Shown here piece after piece: positions 35,951 through 45,341 of a stretch of 51,823 bases of DNA. A program made the position numbers and the translations under genes. The notes under the pieces were generated by a model. It was not told where the DNA came from. It saw only the letters and a list, made by a program, of their open reading frames with translations, and ran no database searches. How positions within the stretch are numbered: the first letter of the stretch is position 1; every line of letters begins with the position of its first letter. Location of the stretch: NCBI GenBank assembly GCA_964385645.1, contig CAYLPT010000003.1:1-51823 (forward strand), in the 5' to 3' direction. This DNA comes from an uncultured bacterium (GTDB lineage: Bacteria > Armatimonadota > Hebobacteria > Hebobacterales > Hebobacteraceae).

Positions 35951-36053
35951 CCGCGCGGAGATGAGGGATGTGTTCGCCCTCGCCACAGAGCTGCGGGCCG
36001 GCGTGGGGGAGTCGCTCCGCGCCAGCCATCCGTCCCTCCTGCCCTCCGAGTAG
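35898..36053 (+). pseudogene. Internally deleted HEPN-type toxin remnant
   Basis: 51-codon ORF 'MSLRDWLRQGEAREHTRSRAEMRDVFALATELRAGVGESLRASHPSLLPSE' overlapping the MNT 3' end. It resembles the joined N- and C-termini of MNT-partner HEPN proteins. Confidence 0.6.
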
Positions 36054-36672
36054 ACTGGGAGGGCGTACAGGAATCCCAACCGACCCCGGATCAGAGAGTC
36101 GTGTCCGTCCGAGGAGGGGAGCTGGCGGCCGCGGCCGTGGAGGACCGGCGCTGACCCCGGCTCAACGCCGCCAGCCAGGCGCCCGGTGATGCTCCCACGA
36201 ACACGGCGAGCGCTGCTGCCCCCCGCCACCAGATCGCGCCGTGCCAGAGCGCACGAGCGCCTATTGCGATCGGCGGGAGAAGGCTGAGCCACACGACACA
36301 CCAGCCGCCCCGACCTCCCGGCTCACCGCCTCCAGGTCCTCCCCCCGCAGTCCGCCTCAGGCGGACACCACCCCAGCCTTCTTGTATGCGCTCCAGCGCC
36401 TCTGTTTTCTCGTCTCCTCCATCGTCCCTCTCTCCTTGGATCGTCTGCTCTTTTGTCCCATATTCAAAGAGATCGGTGGCAGTACAAACGAACCTGCTCC
36501 GGGCCGTTTCTCCGTGCTCGTTCCTCATGCAGTGGCAACACGGGGCCCTTAGGAGAATCCCCCGCAGCCCCCGCTCGCCGCGATGGCGAGCAGCAGGGCC
36601 GCGGGTGACAGGGCTCTTAGCATGACCGTCGTCTCCTTGCTGTGTGGGGTTGTGGGATGGCCCGGCAGGGGC

Positions 36673-37011
36673 TCAGACCGCCTCGTCGCCTCGGTCGCCG
36701 GTGCGGATTCGGACCACCTCCTGGACGGGCAAGACGAAGATCTTGCCGTCGCCGATGTCTCCCGTGCGGGCGCTCTCGACGATCGCCTGGACGAGCGCGG
36801 GCGCCTCATCATCGGAGGCGAGTATCTCGATCCTCACCTTGGGAAGCATGTCCACCACGTACTCCCGGCCCCGCCACTGCTGGCTGAGGCCCTTCTGGCG
36901 GCCGTGCCCCCTCACGTCGGAGAGCGTGAGCCCCGGGTACTGCAGTTCCTCGAGCGCCCGGCGGACCTGGTTCACCCGCTCGGGGCGGATGATCCCAACG
37001 ATGAGCTTCAT
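36673..37011 (-). CDS. glnK: P-II family nitrogen regulator
   Basis: 112 aa with 'IIRP', 'GHGRQKG', T-loop 'WRGREY', and 'TGDIGDGKIFV...RIRTG'. Directly downstream of amtB. Confidence 0.96.
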   Translation of the reverse strand: MKLIVGIIRPERVNQVRRALEELQYPGLTLSDVRGHGRQKGLSQQWRGREYVVDMLPKVRIEILASDDEAPALVQAIVESARTGDIGDGKIFVLPVQEVVRIRTGDRGDEAV

Positions 37012-37056
37012 GCTCGCGACCTCCAGTTAGCCTCAGGGTCGGAGTGAGCGCGCCGC

Positions 37057-38421
37057 TCACTTGGCCGTGGTCAGGACAAACTCCGGGTAGGCATTGGAGC
37101 GGTGCTCGCCGGCGTCAAGTCCGCCTAGCTCCTCCTCGGCGCTGGCGCGCAGGCCGACCGTCGCGGCAAGCAGGCGGAAGAGCAGGTATCCGTTCCCGAA
37201 TGCCCAGACGAAGCAGACGAGCACCCCGAGCGCCTGCACGCCGACGGCGGTGAGCGAGGGGCCGCCGGTGGCGAAGATGCCCGCCGCCAAGGTGCCCCAA
37301 GCCCCGCACACGCCGTGGACCGAGATCGCGCCCACCGGGTCGTCGACCCGGAGCCGCTGCTCGATGAAGGTGATCGCGAACACCACTATCACCCCCGCCA
37401 GCAGCCCGATGGCGGCGGCGCTGCCCTGACCCACGTTCGCGCACCCGGCGGTGACGGCCACCAACCCCGCGAGCACACCGTTCAGGCTCATGCTCGAGTC
37501 AGGCGCCCCGAACCGCAGCCACGAGGTGAGGAGCGCACCCACCGCGCCGGCCGCGGCCGCCAGGTAGGTGTTGGCCGCGATGGCGGCGATTGAGGGGTCA
37601 CTGCCGGAGGTGGTGCTGCCAGCGTTGAACCCAAACCAGCCGAACCAGAGGATGAACACGCCGAGGGCGGCGATGGGGATGTTGTGGCCGGGGATCGGCC
37701 TGGGCGAGCCGTCGCCGTTGTACTTGCCCAGGCGCGGGCCCAGCACCATCGCGCCGGCGAGCGCGCACCACCCCCCGACCGAGTGGACCACGCTCGACCC
37801 GGCGAAGTCGATGAACCCGGCCTTCTCCAGCCAACCACCGCCGTGGAAGAGCCCGCCCCACGCCCAGGACCCGAACACCGGGTAGACGAAGGCGCTGATG
37901 ACCAGGCTGTAGAGCAGATAGCTGGCGAACTTCGTCCGCTCGGCCATTGCGCCGGACACGATCGTCGCCGCGGTGGCGGCGAACACCGCCTGGAAGACCC
38001 AGAAGGCGAAGGTCCACGGGTCGCCGCCCAGCCCCGAGAGGAAGAAGCCGTCGGCGCCGAACAGGCCGGTGGCGCTGCGCCCGAACATGAGCCCGAAGCC
38101 CACCGCCCAGAAGGCGAGCGCGCCGACCGAGCAGTCCATGAGGTTCTTCATGATGATGTTCGTGGCGTTCTTCGCGCGGGTGAACCCGACCTCGACCATG
38201 GCGAACCCGGCCTGCATGAAGAAGACGAGGAACGCGGCGAGCAGCGTCCAGACGAAGTCAAGGGCAGGCCGTTCGGCAGCCACCATCGCCGCCGTCTGGG
38301 TCAGGGCGGTGGACTCGACTACCGCCCCCGCCGCGCCGGCCGTAGCCAGCAGCAGCCCGCTGACGGCGATCCCCTTCGCCAAGCGTCCCCGCGGGAATGT
38401 AAGCCTCATGGGCGGCTTCAC
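37057..38421 (-). CDS. amtB: Ammonium transporter
   Basis: 'FMQAGFAMVE', 'SGAMAER', 'DFAGSSVVH', 'WFGWFGFN', 'DDPVGAISVHG' (twin His present). Confidence 0.97.
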   Translation of the reverse strand: MKPPMRLTFPRGRLAKGIAVSGLLLATAGAAGAVVESTALTQTAAMVAAERPALDFVWTLLAAFLVFFMQAGFAMVEVGFTRAKNATNIIMKNLMDCSVGALAFWAVGFGLMFGRSATGLFGADGFFLSGLGGDPWTFAFWVFQAVFAATAATIVSGAMAERTKFASYLLYSLVISAFVYPVFGSWAWGGLFHGGGWLEKAGFIDFAGSSVVHSVGGWCALAGAMVLGPRLGKYNGDGSPRPIPGHNIPIAALGVFILWFGWFGFNAGSTTSGSDPSIAAIAANTYLAAAAGAVGALLTSWLRFGAPDSSMSLNGVLAGLVAVTAGCANVGQGSAAAIGLLAGVIVVFAITFIEQRLRVDDPVGAISVHGVCGAWGTLAAGIFATGGPSLTAVGVQALGVLVCFVWAFGNGYLLFRLLAATVGLRASAEEELGGLDAGEHRSNAYPEFVLTTAK

Positions 38422-38562
38422 TCTCTGTTCCGTCCCCAGCGACCATTGAGGAAGATGCTACCGCGCCTGGGTTTCGGGGGTGTTTCCCGCGGGTGAAATG
38501 ATGATAGCGGATGGGGTCACGGCGGGGCGCCCGTCCCACGCGGGGGGCCGGTCGCGTTCAAC

Positions 38563-38778
38563 TCAGTAAGAACGGAAGAGGTTCCCCCACTTAGCCTGGA
38601 GGGCGTCCTTGACGCGGCCGGTCCCGACGCACGGGTGCCAGTATGCGTCGTGGTAGAGCTTGGAGGCGGCATAGGACCAGGGGGCGAGGGCAGTCCGCAG
38701 TAAGAGCTTCTCCAGCGGCTTGAGCGGCCCCCAGTAGATCGTCTTCTGGCCGCGGCTGGCGAAGGTACTCTGGTCGCC
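38563..38778 (-). pseudogene. C-terminal fragment of a DUF362-like protein fused to the IS remnant
   Basis: 'TFASRGQKTIYWGPLKPLEKLLLRT...PWSY...YHDAYW...WGNLFRSY' resembles DUF362-family C-termini (from recall). It has no start of its own. Confidence 0.5.
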
Positions 38779-39330
38779 GGTGGAGGCGACGACGGACACG
38801 TCCAAGCCCCACAACACCGTGGCGATACGGTGACGACCCCACAGGGGGTTCTGCCGGAAGACCTCCCAGATCAAGTGGGCGATCTCCTTCGGCTCGTTCC
38901 GCTTGCCCAGCTTCCCCTCCGCAGATCATCTCCGCCACCTCCGCACACTGGAACGTGACACTCCCAGCGTCCCCCGCAACCGCCTTCCCGGGATGCGGAA
39001 GTACTCCATCAGCCAGATGATGCGCAGTCGCTCCATCAGGGGATAGGGTGAGCGAGGCCGCTCCTGGTCCAGCCGGGGCTCCAGCACCTCGATCTGCGCC
39101 TCCCGCAGCTCGAGCGCGCTCTCAAGGGACGCCAGTCTTGCTTCCAGCTGAGCCACGCGGCTTGTCCCGGCAGCAGCGGCCAGCCGCGCAAGGGCGCGCC
39201 GGCGACTCCTGCCCGCCCAGCGCGCGCTGACGACCAGGGCTCGAATGATGAGAACAACCGACGCAGGGAAGACCTCCATGGCAGTTCCACTCCCCAACGC
39301 GCAAGCGGCGCCCGAAGGCGCCGCACTCTG
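38779..39330 (-). mobile_element. Degenerate IS-like transposase, N-terminal part (copy 1)
   Basis: Coiled coil, HTH 'LGVSRSSVRRW', an in-frame TGA at 38926, then 'IWEVFRQNPLWGRHRIA' typical of rve-type transposases. Truncated before the catalytic core. Confidence 0.72.
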
Positions 39331-39531
39331 GCTTCAGATGATACAGGAGCAGAACCCGGAGCATGACCCCACACTGGCCTCAGGCCGGCGTCACGGGCGG
39401 CTGACATGCACAGCCGGCGCCGCAGCTGAGCCCCGGGGAGGACGTCCTCACAGTGGCGGCGTGCGTTGACCCGCGTCTGCTGTTCCCTTGTCTCCGCGAA
39501 CCCGGTATAATGCAGGAACGAGGAGAGTCTG

Positions 39532-39786
39532 GTGAAGCCGGTGCGACTCACGAGCCATGCTCGTCTTCAGTGTGCGGAGCGTGGCCCCAGCGAGGCGGAG
39601 GTGGAGCAGGCCGTACGGGAAGGTCTGCGAGAGCCTGCCAGACACGGTCGCACGCTGTGCCGGTTCAACTTCCCGTTCCGTTCCACATGGCAGGACACAC
39701 CATACGCCGTTAAGCAGGTGGCCCCGGTGATTCGCGAAGAGGCAGACGAGATCGTCGTGATCACGGTCTACGTGTTCTACTTCTAG
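39532..39786 (+). CDS. DUF4258 family protein (putative toxin), second pair
   Basis: 'LTSHARLQCAERG...EIVVITVYVFYF'. TATAAT at 39506-39511 and GAGGAG upstream. Confidence 0.82.
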   Translation: MKPVRLTSHARLQCAERGPSEAEVEQAVREGLREPARHGRTLCRFNFPFRSTWQDTPYAVKQVAPVIREEADEIVVITVYVFYF

Positions 39787-39799
39787 GAGGACGGAGGCG

Positions 39800-40021
39800 A
39801 TGAAGATCAGCTATGACCCGGAGGTCGATGCGCTCTACATCCGACTCGTCGAGGGGGAGGCGGAGTGCCGGACGCTCCGTCTGAACGAGGAGATAGCCCT
39901 CAACATCGGCCCTGGTGAGATATTGGTGGGCATCGAGGTCCTCGACGCCAGGCAGGTGCTCGGCAAGGGTGAGCTGCCGCAGGTCGTGCTGGAGAATCTG
40001 GCCGCAACCTCGGCTCCCTGA
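39800..40021 (+). CDS. DUF2283 family protein (putative antitoxin), second pair
   Basis: 'MKISYDPEVDALYIRL...LVGIEVLDA' with a GGAGG RBS. Confidence 0.9.
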   Translation: MKISYDPEVDALYIRLVEGEAECRTLRLNEEIALNIGPGEILVGIEVLDARQVLGKGELPQVVLENLAATSAP

Positions 40022-40097
40022 CCCGCCGGAGCAGAGTGCGTGTGTTGAGGCCTCGTGAGGCCGCGGTCTGGGCAGGGCCCTGGCGTAGCACAGCCGC

Positions 40098-40800
40098 TCA
40101 CGCAGCCAGCTCGTAGACGGTGCCCCGTGGCTCGGGGAAGTACCGGAGCCGGATGGGGTGCTGGGGCGTCTTCGCCGACCGGTCGGGCTTCTGCCAGGCG
40201 CCTCCCTGGTAGATGATGGAGCGGGTCGCACCGCCCAGTCGCCGGTGGCCCCGATGGTGATTGTAGTACCGCTCGCAGCCGCCCGGCAGTTCTCCCAAGT
40301 GGTCCAGCCCGCAGATGAGCGGCGCCCGCGCCAGCCACTCCCGCTTGAGCGTCCAGATCAGGCGTTCCGTCACCGCAATGGAGCCGTGCTTGCCCACTGC
40401 CCCGAGGCGCCGGTGAGTACCCCAGTCCCGAAGCAGGGCGGTGAAGGCCTCGCCCACGAAGACCCCCTCTTGATCGGTGATGAGATGCTTTGGGGGGCCG
40501 TGGCAAAGGAAGGCCTGTTCGAGCGCCTCCGGGCGCGTATCCCGGAATGCCAGCGCGTCCTCCAGCAGCAGGAGGCGAGCTTCCAGGTGTGCCACTCGCC
40601 CTGCCTCCGCACCGGCGCAGGCCCGTTCCAGGCTCAGGCCCCGGCTGCGCGCCGCCCACCGGGCGCTGACCACCATCGCCCGCACCATCAATGACACCGA
40701 TGCTTCGTAGATCCCCATCCCGCTTACGCCCAAGAGCAGAGGGAGCCACCCCCGAAGGCGCCGCTCGCCGGTCACAGATGACACCGGGGAGAATCAGCCA
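40098..40800 (-). mobile_element. Degenerate IS-like transposase with an rve integrase core, internally deleted (copy 2)
   Basis: The N-terminus is homologous to copy 1 ('ASV..VRA.VVSARWA.RSR...RVA.LEARL'). It is joined directly to 'PKHLITDQEGVF...ERLIWTLKRE...YYNHHRGHRRL'. Confidence 0.8.
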
Positions 40801-41044
40801 AGACAAGCCCAGAACGCTCTCGGGTCGGAAGATCCGACTGCTGGCGGAGCGGTCCTACCCGCTCTCGGCACCCGCACGGGGCCCTGCGATCGGCGAGAAT
40901 GTACAGTTCTTCGGAGGTGTTCCTGTCCCTTGGCCGCTTCCCCTTGTGCGCGATGCGCAGTAGCATTATGTAGAGAGCTTGTGTCGCCGCTGGTGGGGAC
41001 GGCCGGGACACAGAGAGGAGGTGACCAAGGGGAGTTACAGGTGA

Positions 41045-41449
41045 GTGCCGACCTCCGGTCGGTGGCGCGGCAACCGCGATGCAGGTGTGTGGACCGATGA
41101 CTACTGCGGGCTCGGTCAGGCGGCCTATCCGGACATCTGCGCGGCCGAGTGCGGCAACGAGATCTGTTCCTGGTCCTGGGAAGGGGCGGAGCATCTGGTG
41201 GCCGGGCCTACCTTCACCAGGGACCCCGCGTACCGGATGCGGCACACCCGCCACCTGGGCGGATCGAACCTCGGCTTCCTGGACGGCCATGCGAGATGGT
41301 ACTCGGCCGAGGCGATCATCTCCGCGCTGGCCAAGTGCGAGATACAGGGCGTCATCCCGTGGGGTCCCAACGGCCAAGGCTACGGCGCTACCTGGGCCAG
41401 TGGATTCGCCGAGTGCTGGCCGGACTACGTCTACCAGCTGTTGTTCTAG
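41045..41449 (+). pseudogene. C-terminal part of a prepilin-type/H-X9-DG (DUF1559-like) protein lacking the pilin N-terminus
   Basis: 'AAYPDIC' and '[17 protein letters not shown]', the latter identical to the motif in 50678..51811. There is no GFTLIE leader and the gene lies next to the IS remnant. Confidence 0.75.
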
Positions 41450-41532
41450 GTCAACCAGGGTGACCCAGGAGCGCTCTCGCCAACGGTCACGGCGGTGGGG
41501 CGATCAGGCGCGCCCGGCAGAGGTGATGTGCC

Positions 41533-41787
41533 ATGAAGAGAAGCATCAGCCCGAGAACGGCCCTGGTGGTCATCATCATGGTCGTTGTCGTCGCCGGTTG
41601 GCTGTTGGTCAGGGCTGCTCGGGGCCCGGGGCGAGTAACGTGGGTGCAGGGGGTGGGCTTCGTCGACCCCTCGGGTCGAGTGGTGGAGCCGGAGGCTCGC
41701 CGTCCGGCGCGGCGGCCCGAGCCCCAGCCCCAGGGGGAGCAGCCCGGAGTGCCGCGCCAGCAGCCGGCGGCCCGCTCGGGCCCGTGA
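41533..41787 (+). CDS. Small single-pass membrane protein
   Basis: GAGGTGA RBS, one hydrophobic helix 'ALVVIIMVVVVAGWLLV' and a Pro/Gln-rich tail. Confidence 0.7.
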   Translation: MKRSISPRTALVVIIMVVVVAGWLLVRAARGPGRVTWVQGVGFVDPSGRVVEPEARRPARRPEPQPQGEQPGVPRQQPAARSGP

Positions 41788-41993
41788 GCGGGCGCGCGAG
41801 TGCCTGCGCCATGCGGGGAGGCGGGCTGGGCAACCCGGACCAGCGGGATCGCGCCTTGGCGCGTTGCGAGCCCGCTGGTCCTGCGGAGGGCTTTCCCGCT
41901 GGCCGGGGCGGAGTGCTTCCACAGCGGGGGAGTGCGGCCAGAAGGACCAGGCGGCCAAGCGGTCCGGCCTAGACTGTAGAGGGAGGGGACGCG

Positions 41994-43946
41994 GTGTCCG
42001 GGGCCCAGGACGCAGACCGCTCGGTGAGAGAACATCGCCCGCAAGTCGTAACCTGGCGGTCGGTCGTCGTCGCGCTGGTCCTGATGCCGCTGCAGTCGTG
42101 GTGGGTGGTGCAGATGGAGGTGATCCAGCACGACACCTGGCCGAGCATGCTGGCCCTCCCGCTCCAGAGCCTCTTTCTGCTGCTTATCGTGACGGGAGCG
42201 AATGCGCTCGCGAAGCGCCGGCGGGCGCAGTGGGCCCTAATGCAGGGCGAGCTGCTGACCATCTACATCATGCTCGCCATCGGCGGCGTCATCGTCGGCT
42301 ACGGCATCCTTCAGCACGTGATCTCGTGGGCGATCGCGCCCATCGGGCGGGCTACCGCAGAGAACCAGTGGGAGGAGCTCTTCTCGCAACACCTCCGGAG
42401 CTGGCTGGTCCTGGTGGACCGGGCAAGCCTGGAGGCGCTGTACCAGGGAGAGACCAGCCTCTTCGCCAGTGACAACCTGCGCGCCTGGGCGCCGGTGATG
42501 CTGTCCTGGGGGGCCTTCTTCCTGGCCTTCTTCTCGGTTATGATGGCGCTTAGCACACTGCTGCGCCGGCGCTGGATCGAGGAAGAGCGCCTCACCTTTC
42601 CGCTGGTGCAGCTGCCGGTGGCGGTCACAGAGCCGCGGGGCGCGGTCTTCCGCAGTTGGCTGCTATGGATCGGTTTCGGGCTGGCGGCGGGGCTGGGGAT
42701 CCTTAACGGTCTGCACGCGCTGCTGCCCGCCATGCCCAGCTTCCAGTACGACTTCGGCGCGGCGAACCAGGCGCTGACCCTGCACGCAGCCTGCTTCGGC
42801 AAGCACGGAGGGACCTTTTGGCCGCCCCGCCCCTGGGCGATCGGGGTGGCGGGGCTGATGCCGCTCGACATCGCCTTCTCGTACTGGTTCTTCTTCTGGG
42901 CAGTGAAGCTGGGGGAGTGGGCGACTTTTCGGCTGGGCTGGACCGTGGCGCCGGACGCGCCCTTCGTCTACCAGCAGTCGGCGGCGGCCCTTCTGGCGGT
43001 GGGGGGATACACCCTGTGGTCGGCGCGCAGGCACCTGTGGAGGGTGGTAACAGGCGCTCTTCGACCAGGGCGCGAGTTGGGTGATCAGGAGGAGCCCCTC
43101 CCCTATCGGAAGACCCTGGCGCTGCTGGTGCTGTCCGTCGGCTTCCTCTGCGTGTTCCTCTGGCAGGCCGGTCTCCCGGGCTGGCTGGTGCCGGTCTTCC
43201 TTGCGCTGTATCTTAGCGCCAGCCTGGGCCTCACCCGGATCTCGGCGGAGCTGGGCGCGCCGGCGAACGAGATTCACGATGCGGAGCCCCACCGGATGCT
43301 CACCCAGCTGGCGACGCCGGCCTCCTTTCCGGCGGCCGCGCTAACCGCGCTGACCGTCCTGGGTTGGACCTCGCGCAGCTACGGCGTGGACCCCACTCCC
43401 CACCAGATGGGCGGCTTCAAGATGGCGGAGCGGACCGGGCTGCGCACGCGGGGCCTGGTGGGCGCGATGTTCCTGGCCGCGCTGGCGGGGCTGATCTTCG
43501 GCTACCTGGCGCTGCTGATCCCGCTGCACCGGCTGGGGGCGGACAGCGCGAAGCTCCACTTCAACGTCAGCGGGCAGTACGCGTTCGCCGAGCTTCACAC
43601 CTGGCTGATCGGCGTGGCGCCGGCGACCGGGCTCCGCGCCCTGGCGATGGGCTTCGGGTTCGTCTTCTCCGTCTTCCTCTATCTGATGCGGAGCCGCTTC
43701 CTCTGGTGGCCGTTTCATCCCATCGGCTATCTCCTGGCGCCGATGTGGTTCACACACCACCTATGGGTCTCAATCCTCATCGCTTGGGCGGCTAAGTTCC
43801 TCCTGCTGCGGTATGGCGGCATGAGGACCTACGCCGCGGCGCTGCCGTTCTTCTTCGGGCTGATCATCGGCGACTGCGTGATCGGCGGCATCTGGGCGCT
43901 GATCAGCTTGATCGCCCAGGTGCCGACCTACAGCGTGTGGATGTGA
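41994..43946 (+). CDS. DUF6785/DUF6784-like polytopic membrane protein (putative transporter)
   Basis: About 16 TM segments, 'ELLTIYIML', 'WIEEERLTFPLVQLP', 'WWPFHPIGY', 'LRYGG...PFFFGLIIG'. Confidence 0.82.
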   Translation: MSGAQDADRSVREHRPQVVTWRSVVVALVLMPLQSWWVVQMEVIQHDTWPSMLALPLQSLFLLLIVTGANALAKRRRAQWALMQGELLTIYIMLAIGGVIVGYGILQHVISWAIAPIGRATAENQWEELFSQHLRSWLVLVDRASLEALYQGETSLFASDNLRAWAPVMLSWGAFFLAFFSVMMALSTLLRRRWIEEERLTFPLVQLPVAVTEPRGAVFRSWLLWIGFGLAAGLGILNGLHALLPAMPSFQYDFGAANQALTLHAACFGKHGGTFWPPRPWAIGVAGLMPLDIAFSYWFFFWAVKLGEWATFRLGWTVAPDAPFVYQQSAAALLAVGGYTLWSARRHLWRVVTGALRPGRELGDQEEPLPYRKTLALLVLSVGFLCVFLWQAGLPGWLVPVFLALYLSASLGLTRISAELGAPANEIHDAEPHRMLTQLATPASFPAAALTALTVLGWTSRSYGVDPTPHQMGGFKMAERTGLRTRGLVGAMFLAALAGLIFGYLALLIPLHRLGADSAKLHFNVSGQYAFAELHTWLIGVAPATGLRALAMGFGFVFSVFLYLMRSRFLWWPFHPIGYLLAPMWFTHHLWVSILIAWAAKFLLLRYGGMRTYAAALPFFFGLIIGDCVIGGIWALISLIAQVPTYSVWM

Positions 43947-44060
43947 TGACAGGGGACAGGAAGGCCGGGGCGAAGCGAAGGGGGCACAGGCAGCGGAGCC
44001 CGGCGACGGATGCCAGACCGCGTGCAGCCTATGCGGACTCCTCTCGGGAAAGGGCGAACG

Positions 44061-45131
44061 ATGAACCAAGTGAGCGTCTCTAGCCTTCATCTGGCGCCGG
44101 GCAGCCCCGCCCTCGTGGGCATGGCGACGCTTATCGTCTTGCTGGCCGCCGGTCCGGCACAGGCCGAGGCGAAGCCGGCTGAGTGGCAGGTCCGCGCCAG
44201 CATCCCCCACCCCGTCTATGGCCACTCGTCGGCCGCCATCGGCGGCCGGGTGCACGTGCTGGGTGGGTGCGACACCCCCGACTGGCAGGTGCCATCGGCG
44301 CTCCACCAGGTTTACGACGTCCTTAGCGACACCTGGACAACAGCGGCCGACCTGCCCTTAGCGGTCGGCTGGGCCATGCCGGCCCTGCACGAAGGCAGAA
44401 TCTACCTCTTCGGCGGCGGCTGCCATGAGGAGGGTGTGGGGCTGACCGCGACGGACAAGGCGTGGGTGTACGATCCGGCGAGCGATCAATGGTCAGAGAT
44501 TAGGCCCTTACCGGAGCCGAGGATGAACGGATGCGCCGTGTCTATCGGCGACTTCATCTACATCGCCATGGGCTATCACCGCCGGGGCGGCCGCGATGAG
44601 GACGTACGGGAGGAGTATGTGACCACCTACCGGTATGATCCTGAGAGCGACACCTATGCCAGGGTCTCAGACTCGCCCCACACCGGGTGCTACATCGCGG
44701 CCGGCGAGTACGGGGGCAGGCTCTACGCGGTGGTGGGCACCTACCACGAGGCGACCGCGATGCAGGACCGCGTTCCGGCCGAGGGCGCGCTGGAGTACGA
44801 TCCGCGGGAGGACGTGTGGACGTACATTGACGTCCCCCGCGTCCTGAGGCGCGTCTTCTACGCGACCCAGTGCTCGGCCTCCGTCATGCACGATGGCCGG
44901 CTGCACGTCGTGGGCGGGGTATCCGAGCGGGGCCGCACCGGGGTCACGAGCCACTTCGACGTGCGGGCGCGGCGCTTCGTCAGGGGCCCTGATCTGCCCG
45001 AGGGGCGGTGCTGCGGCGGGGGCGTCGTCAGCGACGGGGTGCTGATCATCGCCGGGGGCTTCCTGGGCGACGTGGGCGACCCCGGGGCGCCCACCTGGGC
45101 GCTCACCCTCTACCTGGAGGCCGGGAGGTGA
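44061..45131 (+). CDS. Exported kelch-repeat beta-propeller protein
   Basis: Signal-like N-terminus and about six 'IYLFGG...YDP...W' kelch blades. Confidence 0.88.
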   Translation: MNQVSVSSLHLAPGSPALVGMATLIVLLAAGPAQAEAKPAEWQVRASIPHPVYGHSSAAIGGRVHVLGGCDTPDWQVPSALHQVYDVLSDTWTTAADLPLAVGWAMPALHEGRIYLFGGGCHEEGVGLTATDKAWVYDPASDQWSEIRPLPEPRMNGCAVSIGDFIYIAMGYHRRGGRDEDVREEYVTTYRYDPESDTYARVSDSPHTGCYIAAGEYGGRLYAVVGTYHEATAMQDRVPAEGALEYDPREDVWTYIDVPRVLRRVFYATQCSASVMHDGRLHVVGGVSERGRTGVTSHFDVRARRFVRGPDLPEGRCCGGGVVSDGVLIIAGGFLGDVGDPGAPTWALTLYLEAGR

Positions 45132-45341
45132 GGCGGCGGTCGCCGCCGCACAGTCCCGTGCCCGGCGTCGGCCAATGAGGGCGGTCGCGAAGTGGCCCGC
45201 GGCAGGAACCCGATCCTGATCAGGGACTGGGGGATGACCGGGCGTGGCTTCGTCAGGGGGTGCTGAGAGCGGCCGCGCGTGGTGGGCTCTCCAGGCGGAG
45301 GGGAGCAGTGGGGCTCAGCACACACCGGGAGAGGAGTACCG

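Noticed and set aside
38926-38928. In-frame TGA as possible selenocysteine or read-through
   Set aside because: It lies in a truncated transposase relic at a non-catalytic position, so a nonsense mutation is simpler.
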